DNA of 63,948 nt, the filler included, from Octopus bimaculoides (lineage: Eukaryota): the NCBI RefSeq assembly GCF_001194135.2. It is 7 parts of 5 records of this genome, joined end to end, with 100 filler letters (N's around TTAATTAATTAA, not from the genome) between each part and the next. Parts side by side here need not be neighbours in the genome. Positions count along the whole stretch, not along the records: positions 1 to 5,629 come from NC_068998.1; positions 5,730 to 17,485 come from NC_069000.1; 5 more parts are not named here. One strand, given 5' to 3'. Below are positions 1-13,155 of the stretch, piece after piece; the first letter of the stretch is position 1, and every line of letters starts with the position of its first letter. The translations under genes were made by a program, and so were the position numbers. Below the pieces are notes generated by a model, which saw only the letters and a list, made by a program, of their open reading frames with translations, was not told the origin of the DNA and did no database searches.

Positions 1-1090
<1,090 letters not shown>

Positions 1091-2623
1091 GACAGATTTG
1101 TAGATCGATAGTTGAAAGTCTAATCAATGGAGTCTTTGGTCCCGATTTATCCCCTCCCCTCAAAAGTATCCCCTTGTGCTAAAATTAGAAACGATTGTGA
1201 TGTCTAGTGTTGCTGTTGTTGTTTTGCCGTTTCCATTAATATTATAATTATTAAAATTGTATGAAATTAACACAAAGCATTAAAACCATATTTGCATAAA
1301 ATAAATTGTAAAATTTTACGATTTCTGTTAAAGGTCTTCGAATTCTTTTTGACTTCCCAACCGAGAAATATAAAAGCGAACCAAAANNNNNNNNNNNNNN
1401 NNNNNNNNNNNNNNNNNNNNNNNNNNNNNNNNNNNNNNNNNNNNNNNNNNNNNNNNNNNNNNNNNNNNNNNNNNNNNNNNNNNNNNNNNNNNNNNNNNNN
1501 NNNNNNNNNNNNNNNNNNNNNNNNNNNNNNNNNNNNNNNNNNNNNNNNNNNNNNNNNNNNNNNNNNNNNNNNNNNNNNNNNNNNNNNNNNNNNNNNNNNN
1601 NNNNNNNNNNNNNNNNNNNNNNNNNNNNNNNNNNNNNNNNNNNNNNNNNNNNNNNNNNNNNNNNNNNNNNNNNNNNNNNNNNNNNNNNNNNNNNNNNNNN
1701 NNNNNNNNNNNNNNNNNNNNNNNNNNNNNNNNNNNNNNNNNNNNNNNNNNNNNNNNNNNNNNNNNNNNNNNNNNNNNNNNNNNNNNNNNNNNNNNNNNNN
1801 NNNNNNNNNNNNNNNNNNNNNNNNNNNNNNNNNNNNNNNNNNNNNNNNNNNNNNNNNNNNNNNNNNNNNNNNNNNNNNNNNNNNNNNNNNNNNNNNNNNN
1901 NNNNNNNNNNNNNNNNNNNNNNNNNNNNNNNNNNNNNNNNNNGGGGTGGGGTATGAGGGGTAGGGGGCTAGTAGTGGTGGTAGTAGTTGTGATGGTGGTG
2001 GGGAAGGCGAAATGTGTGAGGTTTTTTAAAAGGTCTGCGGGGAGGAAAAGCCGAGCAAGAATTTTAATGGTTCTCTTTCTACTACTTTCTCCGTCTTTAT
2101 ATCAATTGTCACGTGTGTGCTGTATACATAGATGCATATATAAATACATACTGTACTTTCTGGCATACAGGACGACGCCGCAGCATATCGTGTAAATATA
2201 TACAATAAACATACAAATCGCATCATTACTTTTCCAAATCTTGCTGCGTTTCACGTGGAATTTTGGTTCCTTAAATTTGTCTTGAAGTATAAGTCAACCT
2301 ACTTTTGTTTTTAGTTGATAATTTTGGTCAGAAAAGTTTGACTTGTACACCGGACAGTCCGGTGCACACACATACACACACGACGAAAAATGGACAGGTG
2401 TCAATTCATTACAACCGTTTTCAACGAATTTTTTAATTGGTTAATGAGTACGCTATAGCATTCTAAACAACCGTTTTCTTCAGATGAATGCACGAACTAT
2501 ACAGTTAAGGACATTTAAAAAAAATTGTAAATTCACTGTTTGTGCATATTTTGTGATTCCACCATCATCACTAGTCGCAGAATATATATACATACATACA
2601 TACATACATACATATGTACGCAC

Positions 2624-2786
2624 ACGACGGGCTTCCACGACACTAGTTTCCGTTTACCAATTTCACTCACAAGGCTTCGGTCTGTCCAGGACTACAGTAC
2701 AAGACACCTAATCAACGCACCACGCAGGCGGTTTGAACCCGAAACTAAATGACTGCATAGGAAATTTCTTAACGATACGGCAATGC
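2624..2786 (-). mobile_element. Diverged head of tRNA-derived CORE-type SINE (family B)
   Basis: Matches the better-preserved copy at 58201-58352 (cgacgggctt...cactcacaaggct...gaaccc). Confidence 0.7.
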
Positions 2787-3006
2787 TGGCAGTTCTACAG
2801 ATTCTTGTAAAGGTTATAAATCTGGTTCATGTCGACCAAATACGAGAATTGCTTTAAATGTCAAGAATTCTCTTGTTTCCCTCCCCCTTTCCCCACCCCC
2901 TCTCTTTCCATGCCATAACAATTTGTACAGATTTATGGAACTTGGTTCACTAGACAGTTAAATCCAACACATACAACCACGACTTATGGTTGCATTATGG
3001 TTTATG

Positions 3007-3340
3007 CTATCGTATTTAATGGTCTATAAGACGCACGGGTGCATAGGACGCACCCTGGCCTAGGATATACTTTTGTAAAATAAATTACCACTAAAATAAT
3101 GTTTTAATTCTTCCACTTACCTGTATGACTTTATGTTATTACTGGTAATTATAAGCAATTTACTGCATCCACATTCGATATGAACATACCGTAGGCAATT
3201 GTTCACCAATAGATGGCAGCACACGTTTTGTAAACATACATACCGTTTTGAGCGAGTTTTGAGCCTACGTTGATGCAGAGAGATTTTTAAAGCCATTTTT
3301 GGGTAAAACAAAAAGGTGCGTCTTGTAGGCTATACATACA
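3007..3340. mobile_element. Possible Tc1/pogo-type non-autonomous DNA element
   Basis: Imperfect terminal inverted repeats ...ctataagacgcac / gtgcgtcttgtag... Confidence 0.4.
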
Positions 3341-3394
3341 TGCATACATACATGCATACATACATACATAATACATACATACATACATGTTGAA

Positions 3395-3470
3395 TAAAGT
3401 CATAATTAACTGACCCGCCAGTGTTTTCATTTACCCAAAGCCAGGAACCTTTCTGCGCCACCCCCTCGTA
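3395..3470 (+). mobile_element. Right end of mariner-derived MITE (same family as 38466-38690)
   Basis: gaataaagtcataattaactga...ccaggaacctttctgcgccaccccctcgta matches the right end and TIR of the 38.5-kb copy. Confidence 0.65.
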
Positions 3471-3731
3471 TATGTGTGTTTTTGTGTGTGCATTAATCTT
3501 CTTAAATGTGCGCCTTCACTAATATCTATAGGTATGTGTATGTATATACACACTCTCCCATCTCACACGTACACATAACCACATTCACACACATAACTAC
3601 ACAAACATGCACACAGAAACATGCACACTAAGAAACTAAAATGATTCAAGTGTCAGACGTCATCACGATCTCTAGACTTTCGAGAGAATACTTCTTTTTT
3701 GGAACTGGATCTCGAAGTACATAATGTGCGT

Positions 3732-3779
<48 letters not shown>

Positions 3780-4127
3780 TTACAAGCTGATCTAGTGACC
3801 TATTATTCAAGGACAGTCTAAATACTCCACTTCATTACAACTAACGTGTATACGTTGTGTATATGCAAATATACGTCTGCGTATGTTTATGGATATATGT
3901 GTTTGTGTGTGTCAGTGTGTGTATACATATACATACATGCACACATTCATACATATTTGTATACGCTTGTTTCTGAATGAGTGTGTATCAATGTTTGTGA
4001 GAACATATATATTCTCCGAGTTTACTTGTCCTCTTTCCCATTTTTTCTCTCTTTGTTTACGTATTTAACTCGTTTGTCTACGCATTTCTTGTTGTTTACA
4101 CAATTGGTGACGTCCTGTACCCTTATA

Positions 4128-4193
<66 letters not shown>

Positions 4194-4206
4194 TATATAC
4201 ATATAC

Positions 4207-4242
<36 letters not shown>

Positions 4243-4255
4243 CTATATGTATATA

Positions 4256-4287
<32 letters not shown>

Positions 4288-4304
4288 GATTTTATGCTGG
4301 TATT

Positions 4305-4370
4305 AAAATAAAGGTGGTGCTCCAGCATGGCCACAGTCAAAATGACTGAAACAGGTAAAAGAGTAAGAGA
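4305..4370 (+). mobile_element. SINE family B 3' tail
   Basis: ggtggtgctccagcatggccacagtcaaaatgactgaaacaggtaaaagag; the same tail recurs at 26.5, 27.7, 41.4 and (reverse) 57.96 kb. Confidence 0.8.
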
Positions 4371-5586
4371 GTATATATATATATATGTATGTATATTTGT
4401 ATATACGGCCACGTCTACTCCGCGTAACTGTTGACTCATTTGATCAATAAAAGACCCCATCCCCACCCCCACCACTTATATCCAAGCCTAATTGTAATTA
4501 AGCAAATGACATAACTTCATTATTTATTTAGTTTTAACATCTTAATTATTTTTCTGTCGCATTTCTAAAATTTTACCGTTTGACAATCTTTAAATTTCAT
4601 GCATAGAGGGCGTTAGTGTACGTCTACCGCTGTTCTCTTCAGTTGTTTTTTTTATTATTTTCATTGCTCATTCTTTTAAGTAGTAGTAGTAGTAGCAGTA
4701 GTAGTAGTAGTAGCAGTAGTAGTAGTAGTTCTGGGGTAGTGGTGGTGGTGTTTGTGTTGACTTTGGAGGTGGCGAAAGAGATGTTGTGAGTAGTGGTGGC
4801 GCTTGTGGTGTTGGCGGTGGGGGAGCTTATAGTGTTGTTGGTAATGGCGCTTGTGGTGTCGCACTCGCGCGCGCGCATGCACTCATCTGTGTATTAATGA
4901 CGTTGTAGGAATTTACAAACTTCAAGAAAGTATGGAATAATTCTCGTTTGGAACATTGGAACTTGAAGCAGATAAGCTATATATGATATTATCCAGTAAA
5001 AAAACCCACTATGGACTGAAAAAGTTCTCTGTATTTCTGACTCTCTCTCTCTCTCTCCCTCTCTCTCTCTCTATATATACATATATATATCCCTCTCTCT
5101 GTTACTGTCTGCCTCTCTCTGTCTCTCTCTCTGCGTCTGTGTTTGTGTGTGTGTTTGTGTGTGTGTGAGTGTGAAAACGGATGTAGTCATTCTCGGTCCC
5201 TTGCTAGCATTGATACATAAATACCTTATAGAATTGTTCCGTTGATGTCATCAGGGCCAAACGATATCTTACACTCAGTGAATTGGACAACCTTTCAATA
5301 ATATAGCAGCAGCCATATTTCTAACGCCTACACACAAGCACACACACATACACACACAACAACACACACACACACACACATACACACACACACGCACACG
5401 TACACGCACATACGCTTCTATGACATAGTCTTGCGTTGCATTGTTCAATGTATATATGTACATATACATATATATATATATATACACACACACTCACACA
5501 TACAAACGTACACACACACACGTATGTGATATATACATACATACATACATATATATATATATGTATATATATATACATGTATATAT

Positions 5587-5629
<43 letters not shown>

Positions 5630-5729
5630 NNNNNNNNNNNNNNNNNNNNNNNNNNNNNNNNNNNNNNNNNNNNTTAATTAATTAANNNNNNNNNNNNNNN
5701 NNNNNNNNNNNNNNNNNNNNNNNNNNNNN

Positions 5730-5766
<37 letters not shown>

Positions 5767-6339
5767 TTATTTATATATATTCTGTTGTCTCTGGGGAGAG
5801 TCTTGCAAACCAAATTCAAAAACGATATATATATATATATATATATACGTATAGATGTGTGTGAGTATATATATAGACACACACATACACATGCACACAC
5901 GCACACACACGCACGCATATATATATATATAAGCATCTGCATGTCAGTGTATGCGTGTGTATGCCTGTGTGTATGTGGGTGTGTATGTGTACATACTAGC
6001 ACTGACCCATTTTGTTACGATTAACTGTCCTTGCCATAAAATTCTACATCTGTGTTTTAGTTCGTGAATTCTGCAGCTCACATAAGCAGGCACACATACA
6101 CACTCATACACATACTGAATTTTGCAGATGTTATTTCATTCACTTAGTTTTACATGTTTACACTTTTAACGCCTCAAAGTATTCTCCATTGGGAGCAATG
6201 CATCGGCCTAGCCGCGTTTTCCACTTTCCAAAGTAGTGCTGAAACTCTTACGATGTGATGTCTTTTTACGCCTCCATAGTATTTTTCTTCACCTGTCCCA
6301 CACCTGCAAGTATATGAGGAAGACGGAAGATGGAAGATA

Positions 6340-6603
6340 TATACTTATATATATAAGAGAGAGGCGGAAGATGGAAGGTACGTGACCCATCTAGCATCGA
6401 CCCCACACGTGTGGGATAATATATCGTTTGCACAAACCGAGAAGATACCTAGCTAATTGTAACCCGAAGAGACACATGTACACCGACAGATGCTCCTAAA
6501 CTAGTTGTTTAGTATCTGACCTATGAGGAATCGATGTTAGATGGGTCGAAACAATTGTAATGATTAATAAATATTCTTGTATCTTCCAACTTCCGTCTCT
6601 CTC
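6340..6603. mobile_element. Partially inverted-repeat element resembling a PLE terminal repeat
   Basis: gagagaggcggaagatggaag pairs with cttccaacttccgtctctctc; gacccatctagcatcga pairs with tcgatgttagatgggtc; ends in GAAA-CAATTG-TA. Confidence 0.45.
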
Positions 6604-6676
6604 ATTAACCATATATATATATATATATATTTATGTCTACACCCACACATATATACACACACATACATATAAATCA

Positions 6677-6995
6677 GGCGCATGGCTCAGTGGTTAGGGC
6701 GTTGGGCTCACAATCATGAGGTAGTGAGTTCAATTCCTGGAGCGGGCTGTGTGTTGTGTTCTTAAGCAAGAAACTTTATTTGACGTTGCTTCAGTTCATT
6801 TAGCTGTAGAAACGACTTGCAATGTCACTGGTACGAAGCTGTATCGGCTTTTGCCTTTCCCTTGCATAACATCATGTATGGGTGACTGCTGGTCTTCCAT
6901 AAACAAACTTTCCTAGACGTGTGCCTCAGAGGGAAACTTTCTATGTGCAATCCCGTGGTCATTCATGACCGAAAGGGTATTTACCCTTTTACTTT
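6677..6995 (+). mobile_element. tRNA-derived SINE (family C)
   Basis: A box tggctcagtggt, B box gagttcaattcc, then CORE-like tgtgttgtgttcttaagcaag. Confidence 0.8.
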
Positions 6996-7405
6996 TATAT
7001 ATATATNNNNNNNNNNNNNNNNNNNNNNNNNNNNNNNNNNNNNNNNNNNNNNNNNNNNNNNNNNNNNNNNNNNNNNNNNNNNNNNNNNNNNNNNNNNNNN
7101 NNNNNNNNNNNNNNNNNNNNNNNNNNNNNNNNNNNNNNNNNNNNNNNNNNNNNNNNNNNNNNNNNNNNNNNNNNNNNNNNNNNNNNNNNNNNNNNNNNNN
7201 NNNNNNNNNNNNNNNNNNNNNNNNNNNNNNNNNNNNNNNNNNNNNNNNNNNNNNNNNNNNNNNNNNNNNNNNNNNNNNNNNNNNNNNNNNNNNNNNNNNN
7301 NNNNNNNNNNNNNNNNNNNNNNNNNNNNNNNNNNNNNNNNNNNNNNNNNNNNNNNNNNNNNNNNNNNNNNNNNNNNNNNNNNNNNNNNNNNNNNNNNNNN
7401 NNNNN

Positions 7406-8830
7406 TGAAGTCTTTAAAGTTTGAGATTCAAATCAAGGAAGTGCAATAATAACAATAATAACGTTTACACTCACCGATGATCGATCTCATAACTGCCTTC
7501 AGCTTACGGTGTTCTTGTGTTTATAACTATCGAAAAGCAGCCAGAAGGATAGACATATTGTTGAGAACAAATTTTGCCCGTGAGAAAAGAGCTGTTGAAG
7601 TGTTAAGTGAAATTTGATAATCGAGGATCGAATCCACGTTATGCCTGCATGAGGCCACTACAAATACGTTGTGGAATAATAAATTTATCTACTCTTATGG
7701 AAAATGTGTAACTTAAAAAATGTAGAATTATCGGAGTAATAAGCATTCAAAAAAGTATGTATGTATAGAAATGTATGAATGAAGTCTTTAAAGTTTGAGA
7801 TTCAAATCAAGGAAGTGCAATAATAATGTTTAGCAGCTGAAAACTGAGTAGTGAAATGCAGAATTAGGTCGACTGATCGTGAGAATCAAATATCGATCGC
7901 TTCGCTAAAAGCTGCAGGTGGTATAGGCTATTTCCCTTAGATTGTTTAAATAAAATATTAATAATATGTAGTAGATAGAAGGATCGGTTGGAGGGGCCCT
8001 ATTATCGATTTTTTCAATAATCTAAGTACGTCACGAGATTTCCAGACACGTGTCAAATAAAGTATAAAAGTAATATTGCCTGCAAAAATTAGAAATTGGA
8101 CACAAAAAATTAATATTCAAATAATTGAACATAAACAATGTAACCTGTAAAATATTCCTAAATTCGATGGCTCAATTAGTTTCATGAAAATGTTGTATGA
8201 ACTGTAAATAAGCAATAAATATTATGATTTGTAAAATAAGTGTAAGTGATACAGGGTGTCCCAACTGAATGTGGTGTGGAAGTTTGGTTTAATTTTTTAA
8301 GAATTTCAATCATTCAAAGTATGAGTTCATTGTATTGGGACACACTTATTAAATACGTTCTGGAATCAAAAACTTATGCACTGTCATTAAAAAATTTTAA
8401 CTGGAAAAAATGCAGAATTGTAGCTGCATCAAGGAAGTGCAATAATAAGGTTTAGCATTTCAAAACTGTGGGTAGTAATATGCAGAATTAGGTCCGCTGA
8501 ATCTGGAATCAAAAATTTATGTACTGTCATCGGAAACGCTTAACGGAAAAAATGCAGAATTATCGGAGTTATGGGCATTGAAAGTGTACATGCATCAAGA
8601 AAATGCAATAATAAGGTTTAGCAGTTGAAAGCTGAGTTGTGAAATGCAGAATTAGGTCGCGAGAATCAAATATTGATCGCTTCGCTAAAAACTAACAACT
8701 GCAAATGGAGGTGCTCTAGGTTATTTCCTCTGAGTGTTAAAACAATATGGGTTATTTCCCTTGGGTGTTTAAAAAAAATAGTTATATGAGGTAGATATAA
8801 AGGGCCCGTATTATCGATATTTTTTCAGCA
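7406..8830. repeat. Degenerate local tandem/segmental duplication
   Basis: aaggaagtgcaataataa...tgcagaattaggtc motifs recur at about 7436, 7810, 8430 and 8598; 7811-8025 is related to 8600-8836. Confidence 0.75.
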
Positions 8831-9099
8831 ATCTAAGAATCAACAGCAGCACATACTTAATTATCATATGAAATATATCAAAATACATAGATATATTAAA
8901 AATATATGAATATAGAAATACATTAGAAATATATAGAGAAATTGATACATTAAAAATAAACAGATGTGAACATCGATACATAAATATATTAGAATATATC
9001 GAAGATATATAAATATTTATATTTAAAAAAAGTGATTTATTCACAGAACAATAATGAAATTAATGAGATGAAATGACAGTTAAAACTCGAGGAAGAAAG

Positions 9100-11250
9100 T
9101 AAAGTGTAGAGTATTAAGTGTCCTACAGCTGTTTCTGGGGGTTAATTGCCAGTAAGCCTAAAGAGTATATATACCCATTATTGAGCAACGCCTCTTTCTT
9201 CAGGGTTAATAGTGGTTGGGCAAGTTCCCAATAGACCATGCCAGTGTATATTTCATGTTTTTTGTTACTTAAATTAATGAATGTCTTTAGCTAGCGTAGT
9301 TGAAGTTTTATAATTAGGATTTTTGAAAGCTGTTAAATGCGCACTATACCTACATTTGAAATCTGCGGTGCTACCAATATAGATTTATACTTGTGCTCCA
9401 TGTCTTAATACACAACATTTGTATATAGCACTTTTACAAATACAAAATCCCGCCAACGGACAAGATTCTGGATCTCGACAGTTACAGTTTTTCTTCTACT
9501 AATTTGGCGTATGGTCTTCAGTTTTGGTGGAATTAGAAGCAATAGGTTGCGTGTGGCAAGGGGGAGGGTTTAGATTGCCGGAATCTGTTTCAGATAGGGC
9601 GAGCACATTAGGATTGCAAGTTTCAACTATTTTACCAGTGGAGTCACGTCTAAAATGATGTACTTTATTGATCCTTGTGTGTATAATTGCTTGAGATTGA
9701 ATTTTAGATTTGTTTATTGATGCTATTATAGATCCTAAATTAGGCGTAGTCGATTAAGAAATTTTCACTGCTGATTTATTAAATATGGGCTGGTACTTAT
9801 TATGTAGTGGGAAATTTGATTCTAAAATCTTAAAGAATAGTTTAGGTGAGAATTTTATTTGAAGGAAGGGGTATACCAAATTATTTCGCGTTTTCTCGAT
9901 TTAGATTGAGTGGCTAGTTTGAGCATATTATTATGTGAAGGGTTATTATTATAAGTTCTTGGTTGCCGATAAGTTCGATTACGACGAATTATATTTGGTT
10001 TATTTATTGATTTATTAAGTAAATTGCATTAGAGGTTATTTTAATAGTATGTGAACTCTTGTCCGGATATAGGTTTACTATTTTTATTTTTAGCTTAGTG
10101 TCCTGGATGCTGTATATTTTATCATGGAAGCCACTTAGTTTTAAAACCTGGTTATAGTATGGAGAGCGCATATTAAATATGTTCTCGTTCGCTGAAAGAT
10201 TTGAAAATTTTATGGAGATTCCTGTAATGACGATGTTTAATGTAAGTTTAGGACGGTTAGAAAGAACGTTTATGAATTGTATGGTTTTGTTAGTCTTGTG
10301 ATATGGTTGATATAGATTAGTATTTAAGTTAAGCGTAACGTCGAGAAAATCAACGATCTTGATATTAGCTTCAAATAAAATGTGAAGATTATAAAAATTT
10401 AAAATAATTTTGATAATTTTTTTCTTTAGGCGTCGAGCAGCTGGACTAGATAATTTGGTAGTTGTAAACAGTGCATCATCCCTATATAATCCCCCGGATA
10501 TTTCAGGAAAATTCAGCTTTATCTGTGATAATAAAAATAGGCCCACAAGGTCAGTGACTTGGGCTAAGTTTGACTATCCCATTATATATCGAAATTGTCT
10601 GCTGTGGTACTCCTAGTCCAGTTATTATCGTTAAAGTATATCAATATCACGTCGAGAGATTGTTGTATATTTTCAAGCAAAAATCAGTGCTTTATTGAGG
10701 AGAATAGGTGAAATTGAGGTATAATAATTTGAAATGTCGAATTCGATAAATTGCATTTGGTGTTTGTCTTTAAGGGAAGGAAACCAAGTTATAACAACAC
10801 CCATGAAATTTCATAAGGAGAGTTTAACTTTGGTCCTAACCGGAGGTATCATTCAGTCTAATTTATACTTGACAATTTTACCTAAGTCCGACTTAGTGAG
10901 ACAAATTAGTCGGATAGACGGTTAAGAATGACAGTTTGGTTTATTTTCCTTCAGGGTAAAATAGAGTATATTTGGTTCATATGGTACAGTTCTATCCAGT
11001 AAAATTAAGTCAGCGATGAGCTCATGATGTTTTTTATTAATTGCTATTGGTACTGAATAGAGATTATCAGTCTTATCTGAAAAAAACATGGATATTTAGT
11101 AAGGATTTTATTTTTGTTATGGTGTTATAAAGTTCCTTCTGAAATGAATTAGTGTAATTTCAGAATTTTAGGTTTTTATATATTTATCTTTTGTTTCAAG
11201 TCTGAATTTCTTGAGCACTTCTGAGGGAAAATAGGAGTTTATCTCGTAGT
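9100..11250 (-). mobile_element. Decayed Penelope-like retroelement 1 (RT plus GIY-YIG), multiple stops and frameshifts
   Basis: Minus-strand translation gives FTLKENKP..IRLICLTKSDLGKI, FIEFDISNYYTSI..LLNKAL, FDI.MG..AQVTDLVGLFLL, GGLYRDD, VDFLDVTLNL, then CPLAGFC..SAIYKC..IYIGST..FKCRYSAH. Confidence 0.9.
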
Positions 11251-11278
11251 CTTTCTCATATATATATATATATATATA

Positions 11279-11640
11279 TCATCGTTTAACGTTCGCTTTC
11301 CATGCTAGCGTGGGTTGGACGATTTGACTGAGGACTGGCGAGTCAGAAGGCTGCACCAGGCTCCAATCTGATCTCGCAGAGTTTCTACAGCTGGATGCCC
11401 TTCCTAACGCCAACCGCTCCGAGAGTGTAGTGGGTGCTTTTACGTGCCAATCACACGGTACTGGCAACGGTCACGCTCAAAATGGTGTTCTTTACGTGCC
11501 GCATGCACTGGCAACGACCTCGCTCGAATGATTTTCTAACGTGCCACCAGCACAAGTGCTAGAAGGCAACGCTGGTAACGGGGCTACTAGCACGGAAGCC
11601 AAACAGCTGTTCTAGCAATGAACACGCTCGACAGTGCTGT
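11279..11640 (-). mobile_element. Retroposon with RTE-like 3' tail
   Basis: Reverse strand reads ggttggcgttaggaagggcatccagctgtagaaac...gttaaacgat, a 3'-end motif typical of RTE-derived tails. Confidence 0.6.
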
Positions 11641-11713
11641 TAGTTCTCCACTGGCGCAGTGACAAGTCATCAAGTATGGTTCAATTACAATCGTCCTCAT
11701 CTTGTTCGTTGTG

Positions 11714-11749
11714 AACACAACGTTTCGGATGATATACCCTCCGGGTGTC
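11714..11749 (-). ncRNA. Decayed minimal hammerhead-like motif
   Basis: gacac-CCGGA-gggtatatcatcc-GAAACGTT-gtgtt; stems I, II and III are recognisable but the CUGANGA core is broken. Confidence 0.35.
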
Positions 11750-11789
11750 TTGGGAGAATTTCCAACCTGGTTGTCATTCCTAAGGTATT

Positions 11790-11865
11790 TTTCGATGCTA
11801 TTATTATAATTATTATTGTTATGATAATAATAATAATGATAATAATAATAATAATAATAATAATA

Positions 11866-11900
<35 letters not shown>
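11790..11900. repeat. (ATT)n/(AAT)n microsatellite
   Basis: Directly visible. Confidence 0.95.
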
Positions 11901-11964
11901 GGTCACTGCCTCGAATCGAACTCGGAATCTTGGGGTTAGTTCTTAATCACTACGCCATATGCCC
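11901..11964 (-). other. tRNA-like (Pol III A/B box) segment, not an intact tRNA
   Basis: gggcatatggcgtagtgattaag...ccgagttcgattc; the acceptor stem does not pair. Confidence 0.55.
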
Positions 11965-11993
11965 GTGGGCAATTCAGGAGTGAATTTTAGGGC

Positions 11994-12775
11994 TTATAAA
12001 TCTAATATTTTCCTATCCTTCTTTAATACTGGTTCCCATATGCTACTCATATCTGCACTCGGTTTGCTTAGGAGGTTGTTGTGTCCTAACATATGTGTTA
12101 CTTCTTTTAGTTTTCGTATTTTCCACTGGTGTTCTCTGTTTAATATTTTAACTTCCTCCCACAGGGGGAGGTGGTCTCCATTTTTCCATACATGATTAGC
12201 TATACCCGATTTATAAATATTTCCTCGCGTCACAGCTTTGCGATGTTCGTCTACCCTTATCTTGAGGGGGCGAGATGTTTCGCCTTTGTATAACCTACCA
12301 CAGCTGCATGGGATGGAGTAAACGCAGTCCTTTGTCATATTCTCTTCTATTGGTGGGTTTGCTCGAAGGAGATATTTGGGAAGTGTTGTATTACTCTTGA
12401 ATACTGTCCTGATGTCATATGGGCCGCATATCTTTTGTATCTTTTCGGAGAAGCCTTTCACATACGGTAGATAGACTGTGGGCAGTTTATTGGTTTTATC
12501 CTATCTTTTCTGCATAATTGGAGTGGATAGCATGTTTTGGGGGTAGTTGTTACTTAATAGATTGTTACTTACCTTGATAATTTCTTCGTGGTGGATATCA
12601 CGATCGCTACTTATATTCTTTGCTCGATGTTTTAGGCACTGAGTAATCCCTGTCTTTACACTGTATGGATGGTGGGAATTGAAGTTGAGGTATCGTCCAG
12701 TGAAGGTCGGCTTGCGGTATACGGATGTCCTGAATGTCCTTGGTGCGTGTTATTAATACGTCAAGGAATGCTAAC
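11994..12775 (-). mobile_element. 5'-truncated Penelope-like retroelement 2 (end of RT, thumb, GIY-YIG endonuclease)
   Basis: ELAFLDVLITR, FRTSVYRKPTFTGRYLNFNSHHP, YLPYVKGFSEKI, VYSIPCSCGRLYKGETSRPLKIRVDEH, SGIANHVW; one frameshift and one stop. Confidence 0.92.
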
Positions 12776-13155
12776 TCTAACCCTAACACTAAACCTAACC
12801 CTAATCTTAACCTTAACCCTAAAACCTTAACCCTAACCGTAACCCTAAAATCCTAGCCATAACCCTAACCCTAATCCTAAAAGCCTAACCGTAACCCTAA
12901 AACGCTAGCCCTAACCCTAATGTTAAAACCCTGACCCTAACCCTAAAACGCTAACCCTAACTCTAAAACCCTATCCCTGACCCTAAAACCCTAACCCTGA
13001 CCCTAAAACCCGAACCCTAACCCTAAAACGCTAACCCTAACTCTAAAACCCTATTCCTAACCCTAAAATCCTAACCCTGACCCTAAAACCCTAACCCTAG
13101 CCCTAACTCTAAAACCTGAACCCTAACCCTAACCCTAAAACCCTAAAGCTAAAAC
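12771..13155. repeat. Interstitial degenerate telomere-like (CCCTAA/CCCTAAAA)n array
   Basis: Directly visible; a 20-bp period is clear over 12941-13100. Confidence 0.9.

Noticed and set aside
11901-11964. tRNA gene call for this segment and for the SINE heads
   Set aside because: A and B boxes are present but there is no cloverleaf (acceptor stem unpaired); these are retroposon heads.
12771-13155. True telomere or CRISPR-like array
   Set aside because: Internal, degenerate and without unique spacers; eukaryotic context.
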